From contig CACEJN010000001.1 of assembly GCA_902559935.1 (NCBI GenBank), positions 599 through 64,598 on the forward strand: a stretch of 64,000 nt of DNA. Direction: 5' to 3'. Of this stretch, positions 26,548 through 37,393 are shown piece by piece; position 1 is the stretch's first letter; the number at the start of each line of letters is the position of its first letter. Source of the stretch: an uncultured Pelagibacteraceae bacterium. GTDB taxonomy: Bacteria; Pseudomonadota; Alphaproteobacteria; Pelagibacterales; Pelagibacteraceae. Made by a program: the position numbers and the translations under genes. The notes beneath the pieces were generated by a model, which saw nothing but the letters and a program-made list of their open reading frames with translations, ran no database searches and was not told where the DNA came from.

Positions 26548-26573
26548 ATTTAAAGCTTAGAATAATTCTAGTT

Positions 26574-27680
26574 TTATTGCAATTTTGAAATTATCGCATC
26601 ACCCATTGCTGACGTGGAAGTCTCTTTCATACCCTCTGACATTATATCTTTAGTTCTTAACCCATCATTTAAAACATCTTGAACTGCTTTTTCTAAAATA
26701 TCTGCTTCTTTATCAAGATCTAAAGAATATCTTAGTGCCATAGCAAAGCTCAAAATAGAAGCGATTGGATTTGCTATCCCTTTACCAGCTATATCTGGAG
26801 CTGACCCGTGTATAGGCTCGTACATTGCTCTCATCTCACCATCTTTATTTTTTGCGCCCAAAGATGCTGAAGGTAAAAGACCTAAAGATCCCGTTAACAT
26901 TGAAGCTTGGTCTGACAACATATCTCCAAACAAATTATCTGTTACAATTACATCAAATTGTTTTGGGTTTCTTAAGAGCTGCATAGCACAATTGTCTGCT
27001 AACATATGAGTTAATTCTACATCTTTGTATTCTTTTTCATGAAGTTCTTGGACTTCTTCTTTCCACAATTGTCCTGCTTCCATCACATTTGATTTTTCAC
27101 ACGAAGTAACCTTGTTTGATCTTTTTCTAGCTAAATCAAAAGCGATACTAGCTACTCTAGTAATTTCGCTAGTCGTATAAGTGTGTGTATTAATTCCTTT
27201 TCTCTCTCCGTTTTCAATTGGCTTAATTCCTCTAGGTTCACCAAAATATATACCCCCTGTTAACTCTCTTACTATCATTATATCTAGTCCTGAAACTATC
27301 TCTGGCTTAAGGGTTGAAGCATCGACTAATTGTTTAAAACAAATTGCAGGCCTTAAGTTAGCAAAAAGCTTTAATTCTTTTCTGAGTTTTAATAATGCTC
27401 TTTCTGGTTTTTTAGAAAATTCTAAGTTATCCCATGTAGGACCACCAACTGCTCCAAGCATAATTACTTCACTTTCTAGTGCTTTGTAAAAAACCTCATC
27501 AGTGATTGGGGTACCGTGTTTATCATAAGAACAACCACCAACTAGCTCCTGATCAATTTCAAAATCTAAAGATTTTTTATCATTAAACCAGTTAATAATT
27601 TTTTTTACCTCAGCTATTACCTCCGGACCAATACCATCACCAGGAAGTAAAAGTATTTTTCTTTTTTTTACTTTAATCAT
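26574..27680 (-). CDS. leuB: 3-isopropylmalate dehydrogenase
   Basis: [26 protein letters not shown]. Confidence 0.98.
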   Translation of the reverse strand: MIKVKKRKILLLPGDGIGPEVIAEVKKIINWFNDKKSLDFEIDQELVGGCSYDKHGTPITDEVFYKALESEVIMLGAVGGPTWDNLEFSKKPERALLKLRKELKLFANLRPAICFKQLVDASTLKPEIVSGLDIMIVRELTGGIYFGEPRGIKPIENGERKGINTHTYTTSEITRVASIAFDLARKRSNKVTSCEKSNVMEAGQLWKEEVQELHEKEYKDVELTHMLADNCAMQLLRNPKQFDVIVTDNLFGDMLSDQASMLTGSLGLLPSASLGAKNKDGEMRAMYEPIHGSAPDIAGKGIANPIASILSFAMALRYSLDLDKEADILEKAVQDVLNDGLRTKDIMSEGMKETSTSAMGDAIISKLQ

Positions 27681-28278
27681 TAAATACCCAAGGCTTTTCG
27701 TTTTTTAAATTTGTTTCAAACTTTTCTATTTTTTCTGATTTTTTTAGCGATAAAGCGATATCATCAAGTCCTTCTAACAAACATTTTTTCTTAAATGGAT
27801 CAACTTCAAATTTTAGCTCATTATTTCCATAAACTATTTTTTCCTCTTGCAAATCAATAGAAATTTCTTCTTGTCTATTTGCGTATTCAGATAGCTCTTT
27901 TATTTTTTCTTCTTCAAGGATTATAGGCAAAATTCCATTTTTAAAACAATTACTAAAAAAAATATCTGCATAACTTGAACTTATTACACAAGTAATTCCA
28001 AAATCTAATAAAGCCCAAGGAGCATGTTCTCTTGATGAACCACATCCAAAGTTTTTTCCAGCAATTAAAATTTTAGATTGATTAAATGGATCTTTGTTTA
28101 ACACAAAATCATTTATTTCTTTGCCTTGATCATCATATCTCATTTCAAAAAACAAATTTTTTCCGAGACCAGTTCTTTTGATAGTTTTTAAAAACTGTTT
28201 TGGAATTATCATGTCTGTATCAATATTTACAATTGGTAAATAAGCTGGGATACTTTTTAATTTATTAAATTTTTGCAT
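27673..28278 (-). CDS. leuD: 3-isopropylmalate dehydratase small subunit
   Basis: [20 protein letters not shown]. Confidence 0.98.
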   Translation of the reverse strand: MQKFNKLKSIPAYLPIVNIDTDMIIPKQFLKTIKRTGLGKNLFFEMRYDDQGKEINDFVLNKDPFNQSKILIAGKNFGCGSSREHAPWALLDFGITCVISSSYADIFFSNCFKNGILPIILEEEKIKELSEYANRQEEISIDLQEEKIVYGNNELKFEVDPFKKKCLLEGLDDIALSLKKSEKIEKFETNLKNEKPWVFND

Positions 28279-29682
28279 TTAATTTTGATACTTTCTGACA
28301 TCATCTAAATTACCTGAAATTGCAGCTGCTGCTGCCATTCCTGGACTAACTAGATGGGTTCTACCACCTCTACCTTGTCTTCCCTCAAAATTTCTATTTG
28401 ATGTAGAGGCGCATCTTTCTTCTGGCTTTAATTTATCGGCATTCATCGCTAAACACATAGAGCAACCTGGTTCTCTCCATTCAAACCCTGAGCTAACAAA
28501 AATTTTATCTAGTCCTTCTTGCTCTGCTTGTTCTTTAACTAAGCCTGAGCCTGGAACTACTATAGCATTAACATGCGATGATACTTTTTTATCTTTTAGG
28601 ATTTTTGCTGCTTCTCTCAAATCTTCTATTCTGCCATTAGTACAACTACCAATAAATACTTTATCTATTTTTATATCTGTGGCTGCCATGTCAGGTTTTA
28701 AACCCATATACTTTAAAGCTCTTTCAATTGAATTTTTTTTATCTTCATCAGTCTCATTATTTGGATTTGGAACTTTTCCATCAATTGTTATTACATCTTG
28801 AGGTGACGTACCCCATGTAATCATGGGTAAAATTTCATTTGCATTAAGGCTAATTTCTTTATCAAAACTAGCATCAGCGTCTGTTTTTAAAGTTTCCCAA
28901 TAGTTCAAAGCTTTATCCCAATTTTCACTTTTTGGTGACATTGGTTTTCCTTTTAAATATTCAAAAATTTTTTCATCTGGTGCAATTAATCCTGCTCTTG
29001 CACCACCTTCAATTGTCATATTGCAAATAGTCATTCTTTGCTCAACACTTAAAGATCTTATTAAATCTCCAGCATATTCCACAACAGATCCTGTGCCACC
29101 TGCTGTACCTATTTTTCCAATTATTTGAAGTATTACATCTTTAGAAGTAACTCCTAAAGGAAGTTCACCATTAACATTAATTCTAAAATTTTTAGCTTTC
29201 TTCTGAACTAGTGTTTGGGTTGCTAAAACATGTTCAACTTCTGAAGTTCCTATTCCAAATGCTAAAGCACCAAATGCTCCATGCGTTGCGGTATGACTGT
29301 CTCCACAAACAATAACTGTACCTGGTTGAGTAAAACCTTGTTCAGGTCCTATGATATGAACGATACCTTGCCTCTTATCATCCATACCAAATAACTGAAC
29401 ACCAAATTCTTTACAATTTGCCTCTAAAGTATCTACTTGAATTTTTGACTCTTGATCTGAGATACCTTTTGATCTGTCAGTTGTTGGAACATTATGATCT
29501 GCAACTGCTAAAGTTAAATTTGGGTGTCTAACTTTTCTATTAGAATTTCTTAATCCTTCAAAAGCTTGGGGGCTTGTCACCTCATGAATTAAATGTCTAT
29601 CTACAAAAAGTAAAGATGTGCCGTCATCTTGTTGATCAACTAGATGATCGTTCCAAATTTTATCGTATAATGTTGTAGACAT
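28279..29682 (-). CDS. leuC: 3-isopropylmalate dehydratase large subunit
   Basis: [39 protein letters not shown]. Confidence 0.98.
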   Translation of the reverse strand: MSTTLYDKIWNDHLVDQQDDGTSLLFVDRHLIHEVTSPQAFEGLRNSNRKVRHPNLTLAVADHNVPTTDRSKGISDQESKIQVDTLEANCKEFGVQLFGMDDKRQGIVHIIGPEQGFTQPGTVIVCGDSHTATHGAFGALAFGIGTSEVEHVLATQTLVQKKAKNFRINVNGELPLGVTSKDVILQIIGKIGTAGGTGSVVEYAGDLIRSLSVEQRMTICNMTIEGGARAGLIAPDEKIFEYLKGKPMSPKSENWDKALNYWETLKTDADASFDKEISLNANEILPMITWGTSPQDVITIDGKVPNPNNETDEDKKNSIERALKYMGLKPDMAATDIKIDKVFIGSCTNGRIEDLREAAKILKDKKVSSHVNAIVVPGSGLVKEQAEQEGLDKIFVSSGFEWREPGCSMCLAMNADKLKPEERCASTSNRNFEGRQGRGGRTHLVSPGMAAAAAISGNLDDVRKYQN

Positions 29683-29693
29683 TGAAAAAAAAA

Positions 29694-30236
29694 TTATTTT
29701 TTTTCTGTAGAGCTTTCTGATTTTTGTTCTTCTTTAGGAGTCTCTGTTGCTGGAGCCGCCTCCTCTTTAGGTGCTGCTTCTGCTTTAGGAGCCTCTTCTT
29801 TAGGTGCTTCAACTGCAGGAGCTACATTTTCCTCTGTAACTGTCTCTGGTTTTGCCTCGATATCAATACCAATTTTTTTTCTAATTTTTTCTGCAATCCT
29901 TGCTGATTTACCAGTTCTGTCTCTTAGATAATAAAGTTTTGCTCTTCTTACTTTACCTGATCTAATAACCTTAATTGAATCAATTAAAGTTCCAAATAAA
30001 GGAAAAGTTCTCTCAACACCCTCTCCAAAGGAAATTTTTCTAACTGTAAAAGATGAGTTTAAGTCTCTGCTTTTTTTAGCAATACATACTCCCTCAAAAT
30101 ATTGAATTCTTTCTTTTTTACCCTCGGTAATTCTCACACCAACCTTAACAACATCTCCAGGGTAAAATTCTGGAATTTTTTTCTCTGAAAGAATTTTGTT
30201 AACGTTATGCTGGTTTATTTCTTCAATTGTTTTCAT
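29694..30236 (-). CDS. rplS: 50S ribosomal protein L19 with acidic Ala/Glu/Pro/Lys C-terminal tail
   Basis: [24 protein letters not shown]. Start moved to the ATG at 30236 (MKTIEE). Confidence 0.96.
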   Translation of the reverse strand: MKTIEEINQHNVNKILSEKKIPEFYPGDVVKVGVRITEGKKERIQYFEGVCIAKKSRDLNSSFTVRKISFGEGVERTFPLFGTLIDSIKVIRSGKVRRAKLYYLRDRTGKSARIAEKIRKKIGIDIEAKPETVTEENVAPAVEAPKEEAPKAEAAPKEEAAPATETPKEEQKSESSTEKK

Positions 30237-30252
30237 GTTAATATTTATCAAG

Positions 30253-30939
30253 TTAATTCTTCTTATATTTTTCCCATAAATCTGGTCTTCGGTCGCGTGT
30301 TATAGCCTCAGATTGAGATAAACGCCAGTGTTTAATTTTATTATGATCACCTGATAATAGTACGTCTGGCACAGCTTTTTCCTCCCAAATTTGAGGTTTT
30401 GTATACTGAGGGTACTCTAGAAGACCATTTTCAAAGGTTTCATCTAATTTAGAGTTTTCATTTCCTAATACACCTGGCAGCAATCTTAAAATACTATCTA
30501 TTACTACATATGCTGCTGACTCCCCGCCTGACAAAACATAATCTCCAATACTAATTTCCTCAATATTTCTTGTTGAAAGTATTCTTTCGTCCACACCTTC
30601 AAAATGACCACAAATTAAAGACAGAGATTTTTCATTAGCTAGCTCTTTTGCTAAATTTTGATCAAATTTTTTTCCTTTTGGCGATAAGTATAAAATTCTC
30701 TCACTCTCATTTTTGTTTTCATCTAAAGACTTTGCAAGAACATCTGCTTTTAATAACATCCCTGAACCGCCCCCATAAGGTGTGTCATCTACTGTTTTAT
30801 GTTTGTCATCAGCTGCATCTCTTATATTTACAACTTTAAGTTTCCATAAATTATTTGATAAAGCTTTTCCATAAAGTCCTTTAGATAAAGGACCAGGAAA
30901 AACCTCTGGATAAAGTGTAAACACTTGAGCTTGCCACAT
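30253..30939 (-). CDS. trmD: tRNA (guanine37-N1)-methyltransferase
   Basis: [33 protein letters not shown]. Confidence 0.98.
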   Translation of the reverse strand: MWQAQVFTLYPEVFPGPLSKGLYGKALSNNLWKLKVVNIRDAADDKHKTVDDTPYGGGSGMLLKADVLAKSLDENKNESERILYLSPKGKKFDQNLAKELANEKSLSLICGHFEGVDERILSTRNIEEISIGDYVLSGGESAAYVVIDSILRLLPGVLGNENSKLDETFENGLLEYPQYTKPQIWEEKAVPDVLLSGDHNKIKHWRLSQSEAITRDRRPDLWEKYKKN

Positions 30940-30953
30940 AAATAACCTTTAAA

Positions 30954-31466
30954 TTATTTTTTTTCTTCTGCTGGAGCTTCTTCTTTAGGAGCTTCTGCTG
31001 CTGGAGCTGCTTCTGCTTTTGGAGCTGCTTCTTTAGGAGCTTCTGCTGCTGGAGCTGCCTCTGCTTTTGGAGCTGCTTCTTTAGGAGCTTCTGCTGCTGG
31101 AGCTGCCTCTGCTGCTGGAGCTGCTTCTGCTTTTGGAGCTTCTTTATTATCCTCTTCTTTTTTATTTCTCTCTTTTTTTGGCACTGCTTTATTTGGATTA
31201 TTTCCATTTGCAGGCATAGGCATTAGTTCGTTCTCACCTAAAATTCTTGCTACTCTAGTTGTTGGTTGAGCTCCTTGACCAAGCCAATATTTAATTCTCT
31301 CGGCTTCTAGTCCCACTCTTTCTTTTTTCTCTTTTGGTAGTAGAGGGTTAAAAAAACCAACCTTCTCTATAAATCTTCCATCCCTTGCAAAACGACTGTC
31401 GGCAACAACAACCTTATAAACAGGACGTTTTTTTGTTCCACCTCTTGATAATCTTAATTTTAACAT
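30954..31466 (-). CDS. rpsP: 30S ribosomal protein S16 with repetitive C-terminal tail
   Basis: [27 protein letters not shown]. Confidence 0.97.
   Translation of the reverse strand: MLKLRLSRGGTKKRPVYKVVVADSRFARDGRFIEKVGFFNPLLPKEKKERVGLEAERIKYWLGQGAQPTTRVARILGENELMPMPANGNNPNKAVPKKERNKKEEDNKEAPKAEAAPAAEAAPAAEAPKEAAPKAEAAPAAEAPKEAAPKAEAAPAAEAPKEEAPAEEKK
30968..31143. repeat. Coding tandem repeat in the rpsP 3' end: about 3 copies of a 48-nt unit ([16 protein letters not shown]) with an 18-nt sub-repeat
   Basis: The unit ttctttaggagcttctgctgctggagctgc(t/c)tctgcttttggagctgc starts at 30981, 31029 and 31077; the third copy has an internal 18-nt duplication. Confidence 0.9.
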
Positions 31467-31480
31467 TTCTTCTCCTTTTT

Positions 31481-32839
31481 TTACTTTAATTGGTTAAATA
31501 GCTCTGGCGGTATACCCTTGTCAGACATACCTTTCAGATTTCCTTTAGACATCTTTTTCATCATTTCAGACATCATTTTAAATTGCTTAAGCAATTTATT
31601 GATAGTGGCTGGATCTGAGCCAGAGCCATTAGCAATTCTTTTTTTTCTAGAACCATCTATTATTTTTGGGTTCTCTCTTTCTTTTTTTGTCATTGATAAA
31701 ATAATAGCTTCATTTTTAGTAATTATACTTTCATCAATTCCCGCTGAGTCCATTTGAGATTTAATTTTAGAAACTCCTGGCATAAAAGACATAATTCCCT
31801 CAATGCCACCCATTTTTTTCATCTGTCTTAATTGAGACAAATAATCTTCCATAGAGAATTGACCTTTTTTTAAATTTTCCTCTGCTTTTTTAAGATTTTC
31901 TTCTCCTAAATCTTGAGCCGCCTTTTCTACAAGGGATACAATATCCCCCATACCAAGTATTCTGTTTGCAATTCTATCTGGATGGAATACTTCAAGATTA
32001 TCTATTTTTTCTCCTATCCCTAAAAATTTAATTGGAACGTTTGAAACATATTTCATACTCACTGCGGCTCCACCTCTTGCATCACCATCAGCCCTAGTTA
32101 AAATGATTCCAGATAAATTAACTGTATTTTTAAATTCTTTTGCCACTGAGGCTGCAACTTGACCTGTTAGAGAGTCTGCAACTAAGAAAGTTTCTGTTGG
32201 ATTAATGACAGCTTCAATTTGTTTAATCTCACTCATCATTTGTAAATCAATTTGAGTTCTACCAGCAGTATCAAATAAAATTATTTCAGCTCCATTTAAA
32301 TTAGCAGCACTTATTGCTCTTCTACAAATATCAGCAGGTTGCTGACCTTCTATAATAGGTAAAGTTAAAATATTATTTTGTTCTCCTAAAGATCTAAGTT
32401 GTTCTTGTGCAGCTGGTCTGTAAATATCTAGACTGACCATCATTACTTTTTTCTTTTTATTATTTTCTAAAAATTTTGCTAATTTTGCTGTTGTTGTTGT
32501 TTTTCCAGAACCTTGTAATCCAACTAACATCATTGGCACAGGCGGTACTGCGTTTAAGTTTATCTCATTATTTGTTGCACCTAATAAGTCTACAAGCTCA
32601 TCATAAACAATTTTAACAACCATATCCCCAGGAGAGGTAGACCTTATTATCTCTTGGCCTAATGCTTTTGGCTTAACTTTTTCAATAAAATCTTTTGCAA
32701 CGTCCAAAGAGACATCTGCTTCAAGTAAGGCTTGCCTAATGCCTCTTAAACCTTCGTCTACTTGAGCTTCATCAAGTGAAGGTGCCTTTTTCAGAGAAGA
32801 AAAAATTTCTTCAAATTTATTTGTTAAATTTTCAAACAT
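31481..32839 (-). CDS. ffh: Signal recognition particle protein
   Basis: [15 protein letters not shown]-domain. Start corrected to ATG 32839 (MFENL), since the upstream GTG extension runs through the structured leader. Confidence 0.97.
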   Translation of the reverse strand: MFENLTNKFEEIFSSLKKAPSLDEAQVDEGLRGIRQALLEADVSLDVAKDFIEKVKPKALGQEIIRSTSPGDMVVKIVYDELVDLLGATNNEINLNAVPPVPMMLVGLQGSGKTTTTAKLAKFLENNKKKKVMMVSLDIYRPAAQEQLRSLGEQNNILTLPIIEGQQPADICRRAISAANLNGAEIILFDTAGRTQIDLQMMSEIKQIEAVINPTETFLVADSLTGQVAASVAKEFKNTVNLSGIILTRADGDARGGAAVSMKYVSNVPIKFLGIGEKIDNLEVFHPDRIANRILGMGDIVSLVEKAAQDLGEENLKKAEENLKKGQFSMEDYLSQLRQMKKMGGIEGIMSFMPGVSKIKSQMDSAGIDESIITKNEAIILSMTKKERENPKIIDGSRKKRIANGSGSDPATINKLLKQFKMMSEMMKKMSKGNLKGMSDKGIPPELFNQLK

Positions 32840-32854
32840 ATTTATTACGCATAG

Positions 32855-32945
32855 CAGTAACGCACTAGTGGGCGAACCCTCGCTGACTAGTGTCGATCTC
32901 TTTGTTTCCAAAGACACCGCAAAGTTAATGTTTTTGCGGAAACGG
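32855..32945 (-). ncRNA. Structured ffh 5'-leader RNA (alphaproteobacterial ffh motif)
   Basis: GC-rich island with three inverted repeats: cactagt/actagtg (32863-32892, enclosing gcga..tcgc), tctttg/caaaga (32899-32914) and ccgcaaa/tttgcgg (32917-32939). Lies directly upstream of ffh, where this motif is known. Confidence 0.75.
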
Positions 32946-32999
32946 CAACAACCTATAATAGAGGTTCAAAAAGTCAATAAATAAGTTAAATATCTATAT

Positions 33000-33824
33000 A
33001 TGGATATTAAAGCTTTTAAAATGGACGGTTTAGGTAATGATTTTGTCATCATAGATAATAGGCAAACAATTACAAATTTGACGAAAGAGCAAATAATAAA
33101 GATTTGTGACAGAAAATTTATTGGTTGTGACCAACTAATATTGATTAAAAAAAATGATATTTCAGATGCTTCACTAGAATTTTATAATTCAGATGGAGGA
33201 ATGTCAGGTGCGTGTGGAAATGGTACGCGATGTATTGCTGATTTATTAGGCAAAGAAAATAACAAAAAAGAAATTGTCCTAACAACTTTATCTGGCAAAT
33301 TAAAATCAAATATTGTTGGAGAAAAAATGGTTTCTACAGAAATAGGTGTTGCAAAAACAAAATGGGATGAGATTCCATTGTCTAAAGAATTAAATACGAA
33401 TAATTTAGGAATTAAAATTAATGACAAAAATAATAACGAATTTTCTGGTGGAACTGCTGTAAATGTTGGAAACCCACATGTAGTTTTTTTTGTTGATAAT
33501 AACGAAAATTTTGAAATTGAAAAAATTGGACCAAAAATTGAAACCCACTCTCTATTTCCAGAAAAATGTAATGTCACTTTAGCAACTGTTGTTAACAAAG
33601 AATTGATAAAAGTTAGAGTGTGGGAAAGAGGAGCTGGACTTACCAAAGCTTGTGGAACTGCAGCTTGCGCAACAGCTTTTGCCGCAAAACAAAACGGACT
33701 GGTAAATGATAAAGTTGATATTGAATTTTCTACAGGTAGATTGACAATTTCAATTGATGAAAACAATAGTATTCATATGAAAGGACCAGTTTCAGATATT
33801 GAGGAGATAAATTTTAAAATTTAA
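33000..33824 (+). CDS. dapF: Diaminopimelate epimerase
   Basis: GLGNDF, CGNGTRC, GNPH, ERGAGLTKACGT. Confidence 0.97.
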   Translation: MDIKAFKMDGLGNDFVIIDNRQTITNLTKEQIIKICDRKFIGCDQLILIKKNDISDASLEFYNSDGGMSGACGNGTRCIADLLGKENNKKEIVLTTLSGKLKSNIVGEKMVSTEIGVAKTKWDEIPLSKELNTNNLGIKINDKNNNEFSGGTAVNVGNPHVVFFVDNNENFEIEKIGPKIETHSLFPEKCNVTLATVVNKELIKVRVWERGAGLTKACGTAACATAFAAKQNGLVNDKVDIEFSTGRLTISIDENNSIHMKGPVSDIEEINFKI

Positions 33825-34741
33825 TGGGAATTTTTGAAAAATTTAAATCAGGTTTTAAAAAAAGTGCCTCAGCTTTTACAACGGGTTTAAGAGATATAGT
33901 TGTAAAAAAAGAGATTGATGACAAAACATTAGACAAAATTGAAGATTACTTAATTCAATCCGATGTTGGTATTGTTTCTGCTTCAGAAATAAGAGAGATA
34001 ATTTCTCAAACAAAAATTGATCCCAATAAAGATTTAACCGACGAAATAAATAATATTTTAAAAAATTATATTATTTCAATTATGAAACCTTTAGAAAATA
34101 TTGAATTCTTCAAAAAAAAAGAAAAATTAAATGCAACATTAATTTCAGGTGTCAATGGTGTTGGAAAGACAACTACTATTGGAAAAATAAGCAAAATATT
34201 AAAGGGTAACGGAAACAAAGTAATGCTAGCTGCATCAGATACTTTTAGAGCAGCAGCTATAGAACAACTAGAAAATTGGGCAAACAAAGTTGATGTTCAA
34301 ATTACAAAATCATCTCAAGGCTCTGATCCTGCATCAGTCGCTTACAAGGCTATTGAGGAAGCATTAAACAATAATTTTAACCAAGTTTTAATTGATACTG
34401 CTGGAAGACTACAAAATAAAAAAAATTTGATGGAAGAATATAAAAAAATTGCAAACGTTACTAAAAAAATTGATCCTGATGCTCCACATGATGTTATATT
34501 AGTTTTGGACGCAACTTCTGGCCAAAATGTAATTAATCAAGTTGAAGAATTTAATAAAATTATTCCAATAACTGGTCTTATTATGACAAAATTAGATGGC
34601 ACAGCAAAAGGAGGTATTCTTTTAGCTGTTGCTAAAAAATATAAACTACCAATTATTGCACTTGGATTAGGTGAAAAAGAAGATGATTTACAAATTTTTG
34701 AGGCCGAAAAATTTGCAGAGGCATTTACTCAAATTAATTAA
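33824..34741 (+). CDS. ftsY: SRP receptor FtsY (NG domain only)
   Basis: GVNGVGKTTT, DTFRAAA, DTAGR, TKLDGTAKGG. Confidence 0.97.
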   Translation: MGIFEKFKSGFKKSASAFTTGLRDIVVKKEIDDKTLDKIEDYLIQSDVGIVSASEIREIISQTKIDPNKDLTDEINNILKNYIISIMKPLENIEFFKKKEKLNATLISGVNGVGKTTTIGKISKILKGNGNKVMLAASDTFRAAAIEQLENWANKVDVQITKSSQGSDPASVAYKAIEEALNNNFNQVLIDTAGRLQNKKNLMEEYKKIANVTKKIDPDAPHDVILVLDATSGQNVINQVEEFNKIIPITGLIMTKLDGTAKGGILLAVAKKYKLPIIALGLGEKEDDLQIFEAEKFAEAFTQIN

Positions 34742-35301
34742 TTAATTAAGGTACTGGAAATTAAAGGTTTATAAAAACTGCATTTGTAGTGTTCTTTAAA
34801 TTCATAATGTCCACAGTTTTTAGCTATCGAAGAAATAATAAAATCAAATTTTCCATTTATAGGATATAGCTCTAACTTTTTTTCAGCAATATCAAATTTA
34901 AAATTAGCTTTTAGACTTTTTACAGCACTAATCATCACCAGAGTTTTGTTATCTTTTAAAAGATAATATGCAAAATCATCTGGAAAAACTGGGAAATCAT
35001 ACTCTTGCAAAAAATATTTTGCTGTTTTGGGAAACCATTCATAAGAAATTAATGGCAAAGACTCTTTCGTTTTGTAGTTATAAATATAAAGATCTTTTGG
35101 AAAATCATTAATATAATTTGAATTTTCTCCTCGAGCCAAGACAGCTTTTTCACGGGTTTTAAAATATAATGCAAAATTTTCATCGTGCGAATTCATTTGA
35201 TCAATATGAAAAAGGCTGTCTACAGATGCTAAATTTTCTTTGGCATTTGATAAATTATTTAAAGAAAAAAGAACAATAAAAAATAAGAAAAAATTTTTCA
35301 T
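34738..35301 (-). CDS. Hypothetical exported protein
   Basis: 187-aa ORF with a Sec-type signal (MKNFFLFFIVLFSLNNLSNA); no recognised family. Confidence 0.7.
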   Translation of the reverse strand: MKNFFLFFIVLFSLNNLSNAKENLASVDSLFHIDQMNSHDENFALYFKTREKAVLARGENSNYINDFPKDLYIYNYKTKESLPLISYEWFPKTAKYFLQEYDFPVFPDDFAYYLLKDNKTLVMISAVKSLKANFKFDIAEKKLELYPINGKFDFIISSIAKNCGHYEFKEHYKCSFYKPLISSTLIN

Positions 35302-35349
35302 AAATTAACTTAAAAAAAAAATTTGAATTATCTTTGTTTAGATTGTGGC

Positions 35350-36168
35350 TTAATTTAAACTATCAACAAACGATTTAAGAGCTAATACAAGTTTATCATC
35401 ATATTCCATCATATGATCGTCATATTTTGTAAAATATGAATATTTAGGTTCACTTGCTAAATTAAAAATTTTTTTACCCATCCAAAATGGAACTATTTGG
35501 TCAGCCTCACCATGCATTACTAGTACTGGAATATTAATATTTTTAATTTTTTCATTATTTTCATACTTATCTTTTAAAATTAAACCAACTGGAATATATG
35601 GATAAAAATTTTTCGCAGCCTCTATCATTGATGTAAATGGTGTTTCTAAGATTAATCCTGCAAAATTTTTATTCTGAGTAATTTCAGTAGCAATGCCAGT
35701 TCCTAATGACTCTCCATAAATAATTATTTCTTCTTCTTTTAGACCTTTTTCTTTAAGCCAGTTTATTGCACTAGCACCATCTGTATAAAGACCCTCCTCA
35801 CTTGGTTTTCCTTTATTGCCGCTAAACCCTCTCCATGCAATAATTAAAAAATTAACATCCATGTCTTTAAAATGATTTAACTTATGGATTCTGTTTTCAA
35901 GTGTCCCTGCATTTCCATGAAAATAAACTATTGTTTTATAACTTTTTAAATTTTTATTATGAAACCAGCCTAAAAGATTAATATTATCTGTTGTTTTGAT
36001 GGTAACTTTTTCAATGTTAACCTCTAAATTATCTCCAGAATAATTATTCTCATCAGGATGATACATTAAATTTCTTTGAAAAAAGAATAAGAAAATTAAA
36101 ACAATTAAGTAAATAGCAACAATACCAATAAATAATTCCAAAAAAAAATTCCTACGTTTTATTTTCAT
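35350..36168 (-). CDS. Membrane-anchored alpha/beta hydrolase (Bem46/ABHD13-like)
   Basis: N-terminal TM, YFHGNAG, GESLG, HGEADQIVP, late His (DDHMM). Confidence 0.85.
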   Translation of the reverse strand: MKIKRRNFFLELFIGIVAIYLIVLIFLFFFQRNLMYHPDENNYSGDNLEVNIEKVTIKTTDNINLLGWFHNKNLKSYKTIVYFHGNAGTLENRIHKLNHFKDMDVNFLIIAWRGFSGNKGKPSEEGLYTDGASAINWLKEKGLKEEEIIIYGESLGTGIATEITQNKNFAGLILETPFTSMIEAAKNFYPYIPVGLILKDKYENNEKIKNINIPVLVMHGEADQIVPFWMGKKIFNLASEPKYSYFTKYDDHMMEYDDKLVLALKSFVDSLN

Positions 36169-37390
36169 ATTTTTTTCTATTTAATATTAAAAAAAATATA
36201 TAAGAAATAATGCTTAAGATTAAAAAAACTGAAAAAGCTGATTTAAATGCAAATATTTCTGAGTGGCCCATACTTTTAACAATATCTATCACAAAGCCCA
36301 TTAACCATTGCATTACAAATGTTCCTGCAAATATTAACAAATTGAATGAAGTTAGTGCTTTACCAGCAGAATAACCTGAAAAAGAAAGGCCCACAGCTGG
36401 CTGTGTAACTGATAAAAAAATTGAACTTAAAATAAATAGAGTTATGTAGAAGGCACCTGCTTTTGGGCCTAGTAATATAATCACAAACATTACAGAAAAA
36501 CTAATTGGTAAACCTAATTTAAGTATTCTTTTTGCACTAAAACCTATACCTGAAATTTTTGGTAAAAAATAACCCCACAAAAAAAAGGATATCAACATAG
36601 TTACATTGATCCAAAATAATCCTGTAGCGCTCTGAAGTGGTGTATAACCAGCAACTCTAGTCATCCATGGGCCTGCCCATAAAGTTTGTATAGCCATTAA
36701 GCCCCCATAATTAAATAAACCCATTGGAATTACGCTTATAAAAAATCTATTTTTCCAAACTTCTGATAAAGTCCCATTATTACTTGGCTCATCTGACTCT
36801 TTATTTTTATTTAAATTCCATTTTGGAATAAAAACTAACATTAAAAAAATACTAATTAAAATTAAGATAGCAATACCACCAAATATCCATCTCCATCCGA
36901 AACTAGGCAATAAAAGTTGTACAGGCAATGTGGATGACAAAAAACCTAATGATGCAATCATTAGCATCCATGAGTTTGCTCTTTGTTGTTGATTTTCTGC
37001 ATACCATATTCTGTAACCAGTTAATGGAGCCATTAAACAAGCACTAACACCTACTCCAATTAGAATTCGCGAAATTAATAATCCAGAAAAACTTTCAGCT
37101 AAAGCAAATGATCCTGTTCCAACTAATGCAATTAATAAAAAAGAAGAGACAATTTTTTTTGGTCCATATTTATCTAACAAATATCCAAGGGGTATTTGCA
37201 TACAAGCAAAACCTAAAAAATAACCCCCAGCTAACAATCCTAAATCAGCTGCTAACAAATTAAATTCTGAAGTTAATACAGGGGAAAGTGTTGCAGTAAT
37301 TGCACGCAACAAACAAGATAAAAAATAACCAAATGCAAATACAAAAAAAACAACAATAGCCTGTTTTTTTGGTAAAATATAATTTTCCAT
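36152..37390 (-). CDS. MFS transporter
   Basis: About 12 TM helices, motif A GYLLDKYGPK. Confidence 0.9.
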   Translation of the reverse strand: MENYILPKKQAIVVFFVFAFGYFLSCLLRAITATLSPVLTSEFNLLAADLGLLAGGYFLGFACMQIPLGYLLDKYGPKKIVSSFLLIALVGTGSFALAESFSGLLISRILIGVGVSACLMAPLTGYRIWYAENQQQRANSWMLMIASLGFLSSTLPVQLLLPSFGWRWIFGGIAILILISIFLMLVFIPKWNLNKNKESDEPSNNGTLSEVWKNRFFISVIPMGLFNYGGLMAIQTLWAGPWMTRVAGYTPLQSATGLFWINVTMLISFFLWGYFLPKISGIGFSAKRILKLGLPISFSVMFVIILLGPKAGAFYITLFILSSIFLSVTQPAVGLSFSGYSAGKALTSFNLLIFAGTFVMQWLMGFVIDIVKSMGHSEIFAFKSAFSVFLILSIISYIFFLILNRKKYENKT

Positions 37391-37393
37391 TAA

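Noticed and set aside
30968-31143. Tandem repeats as a possible CRISPR array
   Set aside because: No unique spacers, in-frame coding repeat, and no cas genes.
30881-31207. 108-aa Q/K/L-rich ORF (QKQKQLQQQ repeats)
   Set aside because: Alternate-frame shadow of the rpsP tandem repeat; no independent RBS or family signal.
32840-32917. 26-aa N-terminal extension of Ffh from a GTG start
   Set aside because: Ffh homologues begin at MFENL, and the region is better explained as the structured leader RNA.
32855-32945. GC-rich hairpins as a tRNA or SRP 4.5S RNA
   Set aside because: No cloverleaf or T-loop, and no SRP domain IV GGAA/AGCAG motif arrangement.
34732-34749. (AATT)n run at the ftsY/hypothetical gene convergence
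   Set aside because: Explained by overlapping stop codons and Ile/Asn/Leu codons in an AT-rich genome.
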